Numbered from the stretch's first letter, positions 19,246 to 30,157 are shown. The stretch is DNA of 64,000 nucleotides from Phormidesmis sp. (GCA_965248535.1 CBDFJR010000002.1:1280001-1344000); one strand, 5' to 3'. The notes: generated by a model from the sequence alone, not told the origin. Made by a program: numbers and translations.

Positions 19246-20322
19246 ATGGTAGATTCCCTTAAAAAACCTGGCTTTGAAGAACTCCGTCCTGGAATCAAGG
19301 TTCCAGCTAAAGAAACCATCCTTTCGCCAAAGTTCTACACCACAGACTTTGATGCCATGGCGAAGATGGATATTTCGCCCAACGAAGACGAACTGAGAGC
19401 CATCTTAGAAGAGTTTCGGGCTGACTATAACCGTCACCACTTTGTTCGAGATGCCGAGTTTGATCAATCCTGGGATCATATGGATTGGGACACTCGCAAG
19501 CAGTTTGTTGAGTTTTTAGAGCGGTCTTGCACCTCTGAGTTTTCGGGCTTTTTGCTCTATAAAGAACTCAGCCGCAAGCTCAAAGACAAAAGCCCACTTT
19601 TGGCAGAATGCTTTGGGCTGATGGCCCGCGACGAAGCTCGCCACGCTGGGTTTCTCAACAAGGCGATGTCAGATTTTAATCTGTCGCTAGACCTAGGGTT
19701 TTTGACGAAGAGCCGCAAATACACCTTCTTTAAGCCAGAGTTTATTTTCTACGCGACCTATCTCTCTGAGAAAATTGGCTACTGGCGGTATATCAGAATT
19801 TATCGTCACCTTCAAGCCAACCCCGATAAGCAGATCTACCCGATCTTCCGCTTCTTTGAAAATTGGTGTCAAGACGAAAACCGTCACGGTGACTTTTTTG
19901 ACGCGATCATGAAGGCTCAACCTCAATATCTCAACACCTGGAAAGCAAGGCTTTGGTGTCGGTTTTTCTTGCTGGCAGTCTTTGGCACGATGTATATCAG
20001 AGACACTCAAGAGCCTGGGTTTTATGAAGTGTTGGGCATTGACGCTCGTGAATATGAAACCTACGTGATTCAGAAGACTAACGAAACCGCAGGGCGCGTG
20101 TTTCCGGTGATGTTGGATGTCGATCGCCCAGAGTTTTATCAGCGCTTAGATGTGTGTGTGCAAAACAACCGCGATTTGGCCACGATCGTCGCTTCTAAAA
20201 CTCCCAAAGTTCTTCAGATTTTCCAAAAGTTGCCGCTTTATGCCTCCAATGCTTGGCAGCTTTTGAGACTGTATTTGATGAAACCGATCGCCTCTGCCCC
20301 GGCTCAGGGCATTGCTCGTTAA
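19246..20322 (+). CDS. acsF: Mg-protoporphyrin IX monomethyl ester oxidative cyclase
   Basis: [23 protein letters not shown] and [10 protein letters not shown] di-iron motifs. Confidence 0.97.
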   Translation: MVDSLKKPGFEELRPGIKVPAKETILSPKFYTTDFDAMAKMDISPNEDELRAILEEFRADYNRHHFVRDAEFDQSWDHMDWDTRKQFVEFLERSCTSEFSGFLLYKELSRKLKDKSPLLAECFGLMARDEARHAGFLNKAMSDFNLSLDLGFLTKSRKYTFFKPEFIFYATYLSEKIGYWRYIRIYRHLQANPDKQIYPIFRFFENWCQDENRHGDFFDAIMKAQPQYLNTWKARLWCRFFLLAVFGTMYIRDTQEPGFYEVLGIDAREYETYVIQKTNETAGRVFPVMLDVDRPEFYQRLDVCVQNNRDLATIVASKTPKVLQIFQKLPLYASNAWQLLRLYLMKPIASAPAQGIAR

Positions 20323-20347
20323 GGTTTTAACTGTCCTTGGTTGATGT

Positions 20348-20374
20348 GGCTCTGTTTGATGCAGAGCCTTTTTT
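20348..20374 (+). terminator. Intrinsic terminator after acsF
   Basis: GGCTCTG-7nt-CAGAGCC followed by T6. Confidence 0.75.
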
Positions 20375-20399
20375 GTGGGAAGGAGTCAGAGCGCGCCGA

Positions 20400-21233
20400 A
20401 TGACCCAGAAGAGACGTTATAAAAGCTTTCGAGATCTGATTTTTTGCCTTCTGCTTCAAGTGGTTTTTGCTTTCAAGGCGCAAGCGATCGAGTCCCCGCT
20501 CTCGCGATCTGCGGAAGATCTAGTTCTGGGTGCCCCCTTGACTCTGAGCAACGCTGCCGATCTGGATGATCCAAAGAGCGATCGCCCAAACATCACCGCA
20601 GTTGCCGATCGATTTTCTGATCTCCGCCCGATCGCTGCCGCTCTCGACCTTGACCCTAAAATCATTAACAGCAGCCCTGTTCTTCAACGTTGGATGAAAG
20701 AAATCCCTAATGTGGCGGCTGATATTGCCAATGATCCGAGTTTTCGGGCCCGGATTCGGCTGCACTATTTCGGCGATCGAGACTCTCACCCCTTATCAAA
20801 CCTGAAGATTGGCATTGAAGAGATTAGGCTGGGTCACAGTCACGCCACCATTAGCGCCGACTTTCAGGGAGCGTCTAATCACCACGCTGAGTCTTGGGGC
20901 ACTGACGTACACTACTACGTCTATCCTCTAGGAAACTACGTCAACGTTGCTCCCGTCATTGGCTATCGACATTTAAGCGTTAACACTGACTCAACCAGTG
21001 GCGTGAATCTAGGCGTTCGCTTGCTGTTAGTTCTTTCACGCGGGGGCGGTGCTGATGTGAGCTTGACTCAGACGTGGGTTGCTCCTGGCAGCGACCACGA
21101 AGCCGGACTTTCGATTCTTTCGTTTGGCTACGCTCTCAGTCACCAAGTTCGGTTGTCTACCGAGCTACAGCGTCAAACCACTAGGCGGGGCAGCGATAAC
21201 CGGGTCGGCATTGGGCTGGAATGGATGCTGTGA
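20400..21233 (+). CDS. Hypothetical secreted protein, possibly with a beta-barrel C-terminus
   Basis: Signal-like segment, SPVLQRW motif, amphipathic strands, C-terminal GIGLEWML. Confidence 0.6.
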   Translation: MTQKRRYKSFRDLIFCLLLQVVFAFKAQAIESPLSRSAEDLVLGAPLTLSNAADLDDPKSDRPNITAVADRFSDLRPIAAALDLDPKIINSSPVLQRWMKEIPNVAADIANDPSFRARIRLHYFGDRDSHPLSNLKIGIEEIRLGHSHATISADFQGASNHHAESWGTDVHYYVYPLGNYVNVAPVIGYRHLSVNTDSTSGVNLGVRLLLVLSRGGGADVSLTQTWVAPGSDHEAGLSILSFGYALSHQVRLSTELQRQTTRRGSDNRVGIGLEWML

Positions 21234-21245
21234 GGGCGACGATCG

Positions 21246-21644
21246 TCAAGCCGTCATCACGCCTTCCACAAATTCACTGTCAACCGACTCATCTTTGGCT
21301 TGATCATCTCGAACAATATCTAGATCGATATCCAGCACCGTCATCTGCAACCCTGCCTTGGGCAGATTCCCAGCGCTTGAGATAAACGGATTGGGTTCGA
21401 CATTGCCCGTGCAGATAATCAATGACCCTTTTTTTAAGAACTGAAGCTTGCGCCAGGCGTAGGATTTTTCCCAGATGCTCAACGAAACGGTGAATGACTC
21501 GTCTCGATTTCGCGGTTTTTGAACGTATAGCGTAGCGTTGGCAACTTGGGCTTCTCTTCCATCTTTGAGGGTGACCATTTTCACCGTCACATCCGCACCT
21601 AAATTACCACTGACAATCCATTTATTGAGTCCAGCACTGGCCAT
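21246..21644 (-). CDS. Single-stranded DNA-binding (OB-fold) family protein, divergent
   Basis: NKWIVSGNLGAD and LKKGSLIICTG motifs; acidic tail. Confidence 0.75.
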   Translation of the reverse strand: MASAGLNKWIVSGNLGADVTVKMVTLKDGREAQVANATLYVQKPRNRDESFTVSLSIWEKSYAWRKLQFLKKGSLIICTGNVEPNPFISSAGNLPKAGLQMTVLDIDLDIVRDDQAKDESVDSEFVEGVMTA

Positions 21645-21784
21645 AAGATTTTCTCGATCGGGTGAACAATTTTTAGACACAGCGTTTGGCAGATAATGCG
21701 GTGTCTCCCTTACATTTCCCCCTGAATAGAAAAAAGGCACAGGTTGTTGAATAACGGGTGATTGTAGCGTGGGGTTTAATCTGG

Positions 21785-22910
21785 CTAGAAGCGGAGAATT
21801 TCTCGATCGAACCCTTCAGCGATCGGTTCCGTTTCCCAGACTAAGCCTTCTCCGGCTTCAAGCACGACCGCGATCGAGAGCACTTCAACCGCCGTTTGAG
21901 CGATCGCTTCATTGCCCTCAAAAGACTGCAAATCTTCGGTTAATAGTCTTAATTTGAATCCTCCTGGCACTAATCCGCCCGGAGCGGTGTTGCGAAGCTC
22001 AAAGCGCCAGCTATCAGCCTGCGGCATGACCTGCAACTCGTAGGTTTGACCCGCGATCGCTAATCGTCGTGACAACGCAGCAACCGGGACTGAAGAGTCT
22101 GAGCCGCGTGCGCCTGACAAAGCGGGTTGAAGCTCGATTTGCTCCCAGCCAAGCTGTTGAGCTAGGGCAGAAACGCCCGTCCGCATCCAGTCCAAGACGG
22201 AGGTTTGGGCGGGCAACCCTTGACGACGTTGAGCAAGCTGCTGTCGCCAGCCTCCATGCTCTAACAGTGCGCCCCAGAGTTGAAAGGGAATCGCTAGCCG
22301 AGGCACGATCGCCGGATTGGACAAGCGATCGAGCAAATTATTTGCCTGGCTCAAGCGACAGTGCCGAGAGTGGGGCAACGGCGGCGCGAGTCGGCTCTGG
22401 TAGGTTGAACTCGCGAGAGAGCCGCAGAATATTGAGATCTAAAATCAACTCGTCTTCGCTGAGAGCATAGGTACGATCGTCGGCATCATACTGCCCTTTT
22501 GTCTTAACCGTGTGATGGGTGGCATAGCCCCAAACCTTGACCCAGCCTTCATCGGGTTCGACTTGCACCGCTAGATAATAGTCGGCTGCCCAACTCGGCA
22601 GATCGACCCACTCTTGAGGAATGCGAAGCTCGTCATGGTCGATCGCTTCGGTTGGCATCACAACCCATCGCTGCCCGTCGAGGGTGAAAGCAGTGCCGTT
22701 GACCAAGGCCCAAATACTAGAAAGAGCAGAGGAATTTGTCCAGATTTTTGCTTGGGGTGACTCGGCTTGCAGCCAGGGCAGCAAAGCCGTTACGGTGAGT
22801 TGGTTGAGGTAGGCGTTCCAGCGATCGTGGGCAATCACAAAGGGCTGAGTTTGCCGCCAAATCTGCTGCGGGTCGGCTGCGGGAAGGTTGAGTAGAAGAT
22901 CAAGAGACAT
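21785..22910 (-). pseudogene. DUF1822 family protein split by a 1-nt frameshift near 22350
   Basis: IPQEWVDLPSWAADYYLAVQV..VWGY in 22338-22910 continues as QANNLLDRL..GFKLRLLTEDLQ in 21785-22378. Confidence 0.75.
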
Positions 22911-22959
22911 AGCTTAAGACAACTCCGAGCGTGGAAAATTTTTGAGTCAGTCGCGGGTA

Positions 22960-24144
22960 TCAGTTGGGTTGGTAGTGTTGTTGCAGCCACTCTTCGATCA
23001 CCAGACTCATAGATTGAAGTAGGGCTGAGGTGAGGGAGATATGCAGCGCGTCTTGACTCCAGATCGCTATTTGTTTAAGGAGTTGTTCTCTGGCTTTGGT
23101 GAGACGACGAGAAACGGTGTATTGCTTGACCTCTAGCTGTTGTGCCATTTGTTGCTGAGTGCAGCGTTCTTGATAATAAAGATGCAAAATGGTCTGAAGT
23201 TCAGGATCGAGTTGCCCGATCGCCGCTTCTAAAATCTGATTTAGCTGCGATCGCTGATCGTGTCGCGTCTGATCGTCTTCATCGGCAATCAGATCTGCAA
23301 GTAGCGATTCTCTAGGACTTTCTGGCACATCGTCGAGCAATTCTCCGGTATCTTGACCGGATTTTGGGGTGTTAATCGAAACGAGATGGGGATTTAAATA
23401 CGATCGTGCCGCTTGAGCGCAGCGATTGAGCCATTTTTCCAGGGTTTCGGGTTGGGCTACGGGTGAAGCAGGAGACCGATCGGCGTTGTAGCGTTGCGCG
23501 ATCGCGGCCCACGTTGCCTGATCGGGGCGGGGAAGTTTGCGCGTTGCAGTCTCTTGAGTGGGAACGTAGAGAGATTTAAAACAACTCCATGCCAGCGTGT
23601 AGTTCGCGATCGTCTCAGCAGACAATCCAGCGTTTTGCAAGGATTCAACTAGGCGTTTTTGGCTGACTTTTCTTAGCAGTGCCCAATTGGTGCAAATATC
23701 AACTTCTTGGCGTTGGCGAAGCGTGTCTCGAATCGTGCTTGCAAAGATGGCGCTAGCGTAATTTTTGAGGCTAAATCCCTGTTGGGGATTGAATCCATTT
23801 AAGATTTTTTGAACTTTAGCGATCGCCACCTGAAAGCAGTCTGGCAGCGTATATTGCATCAGGGCAAAACTGATCATCGTCTTCTGAGCTGACCAATAGC
23901 AAGTTTCTTGAAGATAGGCGATCAAGTGGGCTAACGAGTGGGGATAGTTCGCCCGATCGTCTTGCCAAATTTTGTACCAATAAAGCGCCCAAAAATTAGC
24001 CGACGTTTCAGGGTTAGGCGACTCGTTTAAACACTGCTGCATCCGGCGTTTGAGTCGAGCATCGATCGCCCAATTAGACACCCGATCGCCCTCAAATTGC
24101 AAAAACGTTGAAAAGATTTCTAAAAGGCTTTGACGAGAACGCAT
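22960..24144 (-). CDS. Cyanobacterial sigma-70-like factor (DUF1822-associated type)
   Basis: HLIAYLQETCYW, WALLRKVS and region-4 HTH TQQQMAQQLEVKQYTVSRRL. Confidence 0.8.
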   Translation of the reverse strand: MRSRQSLLEIFSTFLQFEGDRVSNWAIDARLKRRMQQCLNESPNPETSANFWALYWYKIWQDDRANYPHSLAHLIAYLQETCYWSAQKTMISFALMQYTLPDCFQVAIAKVQKILNGFNPQQGFSLKNYASAIFASTIRDTLRQRQEVDICTNWALLRKVSQKRLVESLQNAGLSAETIANYTLAWSCFKSLYVPTQETATRKLPRPDQATWAAIAQRYNADRSPASPVAQPETLEKWLNRCAQAARSYLNPHLVSINTPKSGQDTGELLDDVPESPRESLLADLIADEDDQTRHDQRSQLNQILEAAIGQLDPELQTILHLYYQERCTQQQMAQQLEVKQYTVSRRLTKAREQLLKQIAIWSQDALHISLTSALLQSMSLVIEEWLQQHYQPN

Positions 24145-24231
24145 AGGAGGAAGGTTGAGAGTTTTAACGCGAGTGCATAAACCGTCAGGCGTTGCCCTAG
24201 CAGTCAGTATTAACCCAAAGCAGGCACTTCG

Positions 24232-24849
24232 ATGAAATCTACACCAACAAAATTTATTCTTTTGGCAGGGTCTATTGCCTCCATGCTAACGGCGACGACT
24301 GTTAGGGCGCAAGACTTCGGCTTACCTCCGATACTTCTTCAGCAAAGTGAATCATTTCGCAATTCAGACAGTCAAATTGTGATTCGCATTCGCAATTTTG
24401 CCGATCGCGACTCAGCCTGCGGCAGTGGATTTAATGGGTCACGATCGGGCTTTTCCGACAGCTTTGACTTTCCGCACCCCGGCGGGTTGCTCTCTGAGTT
24501 TCCACGATCGGGGGCACGCTCTAATAATTTTGACTTTCCGCGTCCGGGTGGCTCGTCGCTCAACTCTTTTCAGTTGCCCAGTGGTGCAAGAAACCCTGAC
24601 ATTATTGGCTGCGTTGATAGCCAACGGAATATTTTGTTTATCACGATTATTCGTCCTCCCGTCAGAGAGCAGATTCCGCCTATTCAAACGCCGCCCATCC
24701 AAACACCGCCACCTGTGCAAACGCCGCCCAGAGAGCAGCCTAGCCCCTTAATTCCTCAGACCCAATCTCCATCTCTCCTCAATCAAGCTCCGGTTTATAA
24801 CCCAAACAATCCGGCGGGGTTCCCTTCGTCTTATCCTGTGATTAGATAA
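24232..24849 (+). CDS. Hypothetical secreted Pro-rich protein with internal repeats
   Basis: Signal peptide (..TVRA/Q); FDFP.PGG x2; QTPP x3. Confidence 0.6.
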   Translation: MKSTPTKFILLAGSIASMLTATTVRAQDFGLPPILLQQSESFRNSDSQIVIRIRNFADRDSACGSGFNGSRSGFSDSFDFPHPGGLLSEFPRSGARSNNFDFPRPGGSSLNSFQLPSGARNPDIIGCVDSQRNILFITIIRPPVREQIPPIQTPPIQTPPPVQTPPREQPSPLIPQTQSPSLLNQAPVYNPNNPAGFPSSYPVIR

Positions 24850-24873
24850 CAAAATCCTTTAAGCGATCGCACC

Positions 24874-25236
24874 ATGCACATCACCCAATTTCTTCACGCG
24901 GCGATTCTCGTGTCTGATCTCGCAAAATCTGAACACTTCTACGGCACCGTTTTAGGATTGACCAAGGTCGATCGAGTGCTCAAATTTTCGGGAGCCTGGT
25001 ATGAAATTAATGGAATGCAAATTCACCTAATTACAGATTCTGCGGCTCAATCAGATGTGAAAAACGTCGAAAAATGGGGACGCAATCGTCATCTGGCATT
25101 TTCTGTTGTGGATGTGAATGCAGCCAAAGATCAGCTTCTCAGCCACGGGTGTGAGTTTCAAATGAGCGCATCAGGACGATCGGCGCTGTTTGTTCAAGAT
25201 CCCGATGGCACTGTGATCGAGTTGGGAGAACGATAA
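24874..25236 (+). CDS. VOC (glyoxalase/bleomycin resistance) family protein
   Basis: HAAILVSDL, FYG.VLG, HLAF and DPDG..IE motifs. Confidence 0.9.
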   Translation: MHITQFLHAAILVSDLAKSEHFYGTVLGLTKVDRVLKFSGAWYEINGMQIHLITDSAAQSDVKNVEKWGRNRHLAFSVVDVNAAKDQLLSHGCEFQMSASGRSALFVQDPDGTVIELGER

Positions 25237-25276
25237 GCCAACTTAAACTAGAAGAGACTGCAACTCTGATAGCAAC

Positions 25277-26596
25277 ATGAAAATTATCGCGTATCTCTAC
25301 AGCGATCCGCTTTTAGAACTAACGCCCGATCGCTCACTGTGGGGATGGGAAATCGATCAGGTCTACCAAGATATCGCAACCGAAAAGGCAACCCGTCCGC
25401 AGTTGCAAAAACTTCTGCTCGATTGTCAAACAGAACCCGTCGATTATATGCTGGTGCGGCGACTCGAAGAGTTGGGCGACTCAGTGCCCGAAGTCAGCGA
25501 TCGGCTTGCCAATCTAGAAGCGATCGGCGTTCGGTTAGTCACGATCGAGCCATCTTCGGCGGTTTCTGATCGCTCGATCGGGGCGAATGCTGACCTGCTC
25601 AATCTGCTGCAAGAGTTGCAGACCAATCAACGCAGTCGCCGCATTCGGCAAGGGCACGCCCGCAATCGCGTTAAGGCGATGCCTCCGCCGGGCAAACCTC
25701 CCTATGGCTATCGGCGTAGCAAAAACCGCTATCTCGTCGATCGGGCAACCGCCCCCGTTGTTAAAGAATTTTTTGAGCAATTTTTGCTTTACGGCTCGCT
25801 GCGGGGTGCCGTGCGGCATCTAGAGAAGAAATATGGCAAAAAAATCTCTGTGTCTACGGGGCAGCGCTGGCTGACCAATCCCGTTTATCGCGGTGATCTG
25901 GAATATCAAACCGGAGACGTGATCGCCGATGCTCACGCAGGAATTATCTCTCGTGACGAAGCAGCTCAAATCGATCGCCTGCTGCGGCGCAACCGTCGCC
26001 TGCCTGCCCGCACTGCTAGCGCCCCCCGATCGTTGGCTGGGTTGGTGATCTGCGAAACCTGTCAGTCTCCGATGACGGTGACCCGCGTCGCACCTCGCAG
26101 CCCCCGCAAAGAGTCTAAAGAATATTTGTATCTGCGTCCGACTCGCTGCCCTGACAAACCCGCCTGCAAAGCGATCGCTTATGAGCAACTTTTGCAAGCC
26201 ACGATCGCGCGCATCTGCGAAGATCTGCCGCGGGCCGTTGCCAAAGTCACGATGCCCGACATGAACCAGATTAAACAGGGAATTGGGGGAGCGATCGCTG
26301 CCAAACAAGCGATTCTAAATCAGTTTCCTGGCTTGATCGACAGCGGCATTCTCGACTCAGAGAGCGCCGACTTACGCGCCTACACCCTTCGCACCGAGAT
26401 GGCTCAACTGCAAGCCCAACTCGCCCAACTGCCGCCCGTCAATTTAACGGCGATCGCTCAGGCCGTCTCTATTCCTCAGTTTTGGCTCGACCTGTCAGAA
26501 CCCGAACGCCGCTTTTATTTCCGCGAATTTATCAAGCAGATCGACCTGGTTCGTGACCTGGCTGACTGGAGACTCAAACTCGTCTTTATCTTCTAA
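25277..26596 (+). CDS. Large serine recombinase family protein with a degenerate catalytic domain
   Basis: PPYGY recombinase domain, LTNPVYRG, zinc ribbon LAGLVICETC..RC..C. Confidence 0.85.
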   Translation: MKIIAYLYSDPLLELTPDRSLWGWEIDQVYQDIATEKATRPQLQKLLLDCQTEPVDYMLVRRLEELGDSVPEVSDRLANLEAIGVRLVTIEPSSAVSDRSIGANADLLNLLQELQTNQRSRRIRQGHARNRVKAMPPPGKPPYGYRRSKNRYLVDRATAPVVKEFFEQFLLYGSLRGAVRHLEKKYGKKISVSTGQRWLTNPVYRGDLEYQTGDVIADAHAGIISRDEAAQIDRLLRRNRRLPARTASAPRSLAGLVICETCQSPMTVTRVAPRSPRKESKEYLYLRPTRCPDKPACKAIAYEQLLQATIARICEDLPRAVAKVTMPDMNQIKQGIGGAIAAKQAILNQFPGLIDSGILDSESADLRAYTLRTEMAQLQAQLAQLPPVNLTAIAQAVSIPQFWLDLSEPERRFYFREFIKQIDLVRDLADWRLKLVFIF

Positions 26597-26706
26597 AAAC
26601 CATGTTGCGATCTGTAGCAGATCAGCGACTGTCCATTCTGCTTTGGGTACGTTTGAGGAAAAGACTAGTGTGATATCACCCTCAACTCTCGCTTAGGAGA
26701 ACTCCC

Positions 26707-28113
26707 TTGCTTCGCAAAAAGCCCCTCTCGCGATCGTCCCACCCGGCTCAACCACCCCTAGAGTTTATCGCGCCAGATATCGATCTCAACGTGGTCAATC
26801 TAGTGCAGTTGGCGCTGCCGCTGTGGATGCGGTTTAAAACGCCGCTGACTCGCGTTGAAGCTAAAAATGTCGAGGCGCTGATCGATCTCTATCAGCAGTT
26901 TCAATCAGGCAAGGTGCGAGTGTTGTTGGCATTTCGTCATCCTAGCGTTCACGATCCGATTTGCATGGGCTATTTGCTCCATTATTTGCTGCCCAAAGTG
27001 GCTAAACAGCAGGGCATTCGACTTAAGACTCCGACTCACGCCCACTTTATCTACGATCGCGGCATTCCGCTTTGGGCAGGATCACTCGCGGGTTGGCTCT
27101 ATGCGAAACTAGGCGGCACCCCGATCCATCGGGGCAAGCTCGATCGCGTGGGGTTGAGATCGGCGCGTGACCTGTTTGCGAATGGGGCGTTTCCATTAAT
27201 GGCGGCTCCCGAAGGCGCGACGAATGGCCATAATGAAACCGTCAGCCCCCTAGAGCCAGGCATCGCGCAGATGGGCTTTTGGTGTGTCGAAGATTTAATC
27301 AAAGCAGGGCGATCGGAAAAGGTGCTGATCGTCCCGATCGGCATTCAATATCGCTATGTCACACCTCCTTGGAAAGCGATCGAAAAACTGCTCAGTGAGC
27401 TAGAAGCCGACAGCGGACTGGTCAGAACCGACGATGGACAAGAAGGTCATCTTTATCGGCGTTTATATCAGTTGGCAGAGCATTTATTGACCGAGATGGA
27501 AGAGTTTTATACGCGCTTTTATCACCAGGTTTTGCCGACTACAGGTGAGCGATCATCCGCGATCGCAGGCGTTGAGCCTGGCTCAAACGCAGAGTTCTCA
27601 GTGCGACTAGAGGCGTTGCTAAATGGAGCGCTGCAAGTAGCCGAACAATATTTTAATATTCAGCCAAGAGGCAGCGTCATCGATCGCTGTCGCAAACTCG
27701 AACAAGCCGGATGGGACTATGTGTTTCGCGAAGACTTGCATCTCGAAACGCTGTCACCGCTCGCCAGAGGCCTCGCCGATCGCATCGCCGAAGAAGCCAG
27801 TCTCCGTATCTGGCATATGCGCCTAGTCGAGAGTTTTGTTGCCGTCACGGGCAAATATGTCTTAGAAAAGCCCACCGCCGAGCGTTTTGCTGAGACGATC
27901 TTGCTGATGTGGGATGTGATTACCAAAATCAAAGGCGGCAATGCGTTTAAGCGGCCGAGGTTAGGTCAACAGTGCGGGCTAGTGACGATCGGGCAATCCA
28001 TCTCAGTCTCCGATCGCTGGGACACTTATCACAGCAATCGCCGCGCCGGGAAACAAGCCGTTTCTGACCTAACTCAAGACTTGCAAACTGCCCTTGAGAG
28101 CCTGATCATTTAG
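26707..28113 (+). CDS. Phospholipid/glycerol acyltransferase (PlsC-like)
   Basis: HPSVHD (Hx4D), APEG and VPIGI motifs. Confidence 0.8.
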   Translation: MLRKKPLSRSSHPAQPPLEFIAPDIDLNVVNLVQLALPLWMRFKTPLTRVEAKNVEALIDLYQQFQSGKVRVLLAFRHPSVHDPICMGYLLHYLLPKVAKQQGIRLKTPTHAHFIYDRGIPLWAGSLAGWLYAKLGGTPIHRGKLDRVGLRSARDLFANGAFPLMAAPEGATNGHNETVSPLEPGIAQMGFWCVEDLIKAGRSEKVLIVPIGIQYRYVTPPWKAIEKLLSELEADSGLVRTDDGQEGHLYRRLYQLAEHLLTEMEEFYTRFYHQVLPTTGERSSAIAGVEPGSNAEFSVRLEALLNGALQVAEQYFNIQPRGSVIDRCRKLEQAGWDYVFREDLHLETLSPLARGLADRIAEEASLRIWHMRLVESFVAVTGKYVLEKPTAERFAETILLMWDVITKIKGGNAFKRPRLGQQCGLVTIGQSISVSDRWDTYHSNRRAGKQAVSDLTQDLQTALESLII

Positions 28114-28124
28114 CCCAGTCAACG

Positions 28125-30014
28125 TTAAGGCGGCGGTGCCTGCTCTGGCGCTGCTTTGGGCTTGCTGCCTGTGTTGCGGACGTTGACAATCTTGCTCAAC
28201 AGATCAAACCAGAAGGGCGCACCCATGGCGATCGCGATCCCACTCAGCCCCCAACCGAGCAGCATCTTAAAGGCCTCCCAAGGGCGCACAAAGAAAATTT
28301 CTGCCATCAGTCCCATCTTCGCAAAGAATGAGAGGTCTCCAGCAGCTATCTGACGACCGGGTAAACAACTCGCAAACATCGTTGACCACTCTTGCTCACT
28401 AGTGACGTTTTCTTTGTTGATCGGCGCAGCCGGAGGACAGTCAAATTGCTTCGACAAATTTGCCGGATTCCAGCTAATCGGCAGCGCGACATTCCGCAGT
28501 GCAGAATCGGTCTGGTTGCGAATATCATCAAGCTCTTGACGCAAGGGCGGCCTGTTGGCATTGCCCGCCGGGACGACTTCGCCAGCCCGTTTGGTGATCA
28601 CCTCGCGCAAATTATCATCACTAGAAAGCCGATTAAACACATGAAAGGTATCAGAGTTAGTAAACGAAGCGATCGTAATGCCAATCAAAATAGCAACGCC
28701 TTTTGCATTGCGTTTATAAACGCCCGAAGCCCGTGACATAGAGCGATCAAACCAAAGCGAAACCTCTTCGCGCAGTTGGTTAATGTCACTCTCAGTTTGC
28801 TTTACTCTGGTCTGAGCGCGTCTCGCTAAAACGGCTAAACTTTCTCTCACCGAAGCCGGGAGTTTATCTAGCCCTTCCGAAATCTCGACATAGGATTGAT
28901 AGTCTTGATAAAGTGCGTATTCTTCTTCCGAAAGTTCTCTCAGTCCAGCATTACGAAACAGATCCTTCTGTTCATTAGTTAACTGATTCAACGTCAGATT
29001 CAAGGGTGGGTCTTCAGCGTTGTTAAAAGCATCTAATTGAGCGTTAACAGACGCATCAATTTTTGCATCGATCGGCGGTAGTTTTGTTTTAATCACTGCA
29101 TAGGCATCTGTGATTTCTCGATAGACATCACTGCTTTGATTCACCATATCTGCAATTTCAGACAGCGACGGTCTCAACCCACCTGAAGTCATCGCTCGCT
29201 CGTTATCGGCGGTTTCGCCAAAGACTCCCAGTTTAAATGACTTGAGCCGATCGCTACACAAGACCGTTTGTTCGCCAGGGTCAGCAGGCAAAAACGCCGC
29301 AATGAAGCGATCGAGGCTCTCTCCCATCCGCTCTACGCAGGTTTTTAACGTCGCTTGCTTGAGTCTAAAGTCTTTGAGAATATCGTGATAATCGGTGACC
29401 AAACTCACAAATCTTGGATCTGAACTCAAGTCTCCCTGGTTAGGGTTTGCTTGCTCGACCACGAGCCTGATTTTGCCTTTCTCCCAGTTGTCTTTGAGTT
29501 CTTGATCGGTCGGAATCTCAACGCCGCCACTGTCATTGACTTTATAAATCCCTACTAGCCGGGTCGCAAATTTTTCAAGTCTGACCTCGGTGAGCTTATT
29601 GGACAACTTTGAGATCCCTAATCGCTCTAAAAGAGAAGTCGCAAAGGTCTCCGGGGAAATATAAGACGGGCCCGTTGCGAGTTGTTCTCCATAGGCACCT
29701 CGGCGGTTGCCCGCAAATAATTTTGTGAACTGTCGAAACCAATGCGCGATGCCATCGGTGACTCCTTGATTCACGTTTTGCAGCAGGGGATCGTTATAGA
29801 GTTCATCCACCAAAGTCTTAACTTGCGTCTGATGATCAGAAAGCTCAACGCCGCCCCCCAAGAGAATCTCGATCGCATCTTTGAGATGTTTTGCCCGCCA
29901 TTGCAATAGGGTAGTGATCAGTTCTTGAACTTCAGACGCAAGCAAACTCAGAATTAAATAAATAAAGACTAAGCCGATCGCGACATCTAAAACAAATGGC
30001 AAATTCATGATCAA
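28125..30014 (-). CDS. Hypothetical membrane protein
   Basis: 629-aa ORF; LDVAIGLVFIY, WFDRSMSRASGVYKR and GAPFWFDLL motifs. Confidence 0.75.
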   Translation of the reverse strand: MIMNLPFVLDVAIGLVFIYLILSLLASEVQELITTLLQWRAKHLKDAIEILLGGGVELSDHQTQVKTLVDELYNDPLLQNVNQGVTDGIAHWFRQFTKLFAGNRRGAYGEQLATGPSYISPETFATSLLERLGISKLSNKLTEVRLEKFATRLVGIYKVNDSGGVEIPTDQELKDNWEKGKIRLVVEQANPNQGDLSSDPRFVSLVTDYHDILKDFRLKQATLKTCVERMGESLDRFIAAFLPADPGEQTVLCSDRLKSFKLGVFGETADNERAMTSGGLRPSLSEIADMVNQSSDVYREITDAYAVIKTKLPPIDAKIDASVNAQLDAFNNAEDPPLNLTLNQLTNEQKDLFRNAGLRELSEEEYALYQDYQSYVEISEGLDKLPASVRESLAVLARRAQTRVKQTESDINQLREEVSLWFDRSMSRASGVYKRNAKGVAILIGITIASFTNSDTFHVFNRLSSDDNLREVITKRAGEVVPAGNANRPPLRQELDDIRNQTDSALRNVALPISWNPANLSKQFDCPPAAPINKENVTSEQEWSTMFASCLPGRQIAAGDLSFFAKMGLMAEIFFVRPWEAFKMLLGWGLSGIAIAMGAPFWFDLLSKIVNVRNTGSKPKAAPEQAPPP

Positions 30015-30100
30015 TCACCCTAGAGCTACGTAGACGTTCAACCTGATACAGACAAGTCACTGTAATATACAAGCTTTTCCTAAAGTGGATTATTTCTGTT

Positions 30101-30136
30101 AAAAAAATTAAGCCCCCAATCACTGGAGGCTTAATT
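30101..30136 (-). terminator. Intrinsic terminator of the cta operon
   Basis: Minus strand AATTAAGCCTCCA..TGGGGGCTTAA followed by T7. Confidence 0.7.
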
Positions 30137-30157
30137 ATAGAGAGCGATAAAGGCATG

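Noticed and set aside
25277..26596. Prophage/ICE integrase, or the recombinase for the attC sites
   Set aside because: Serine family with degenerate catalytic residues and no att repeats or cargo; attC recombination requires a tyrosine integrase
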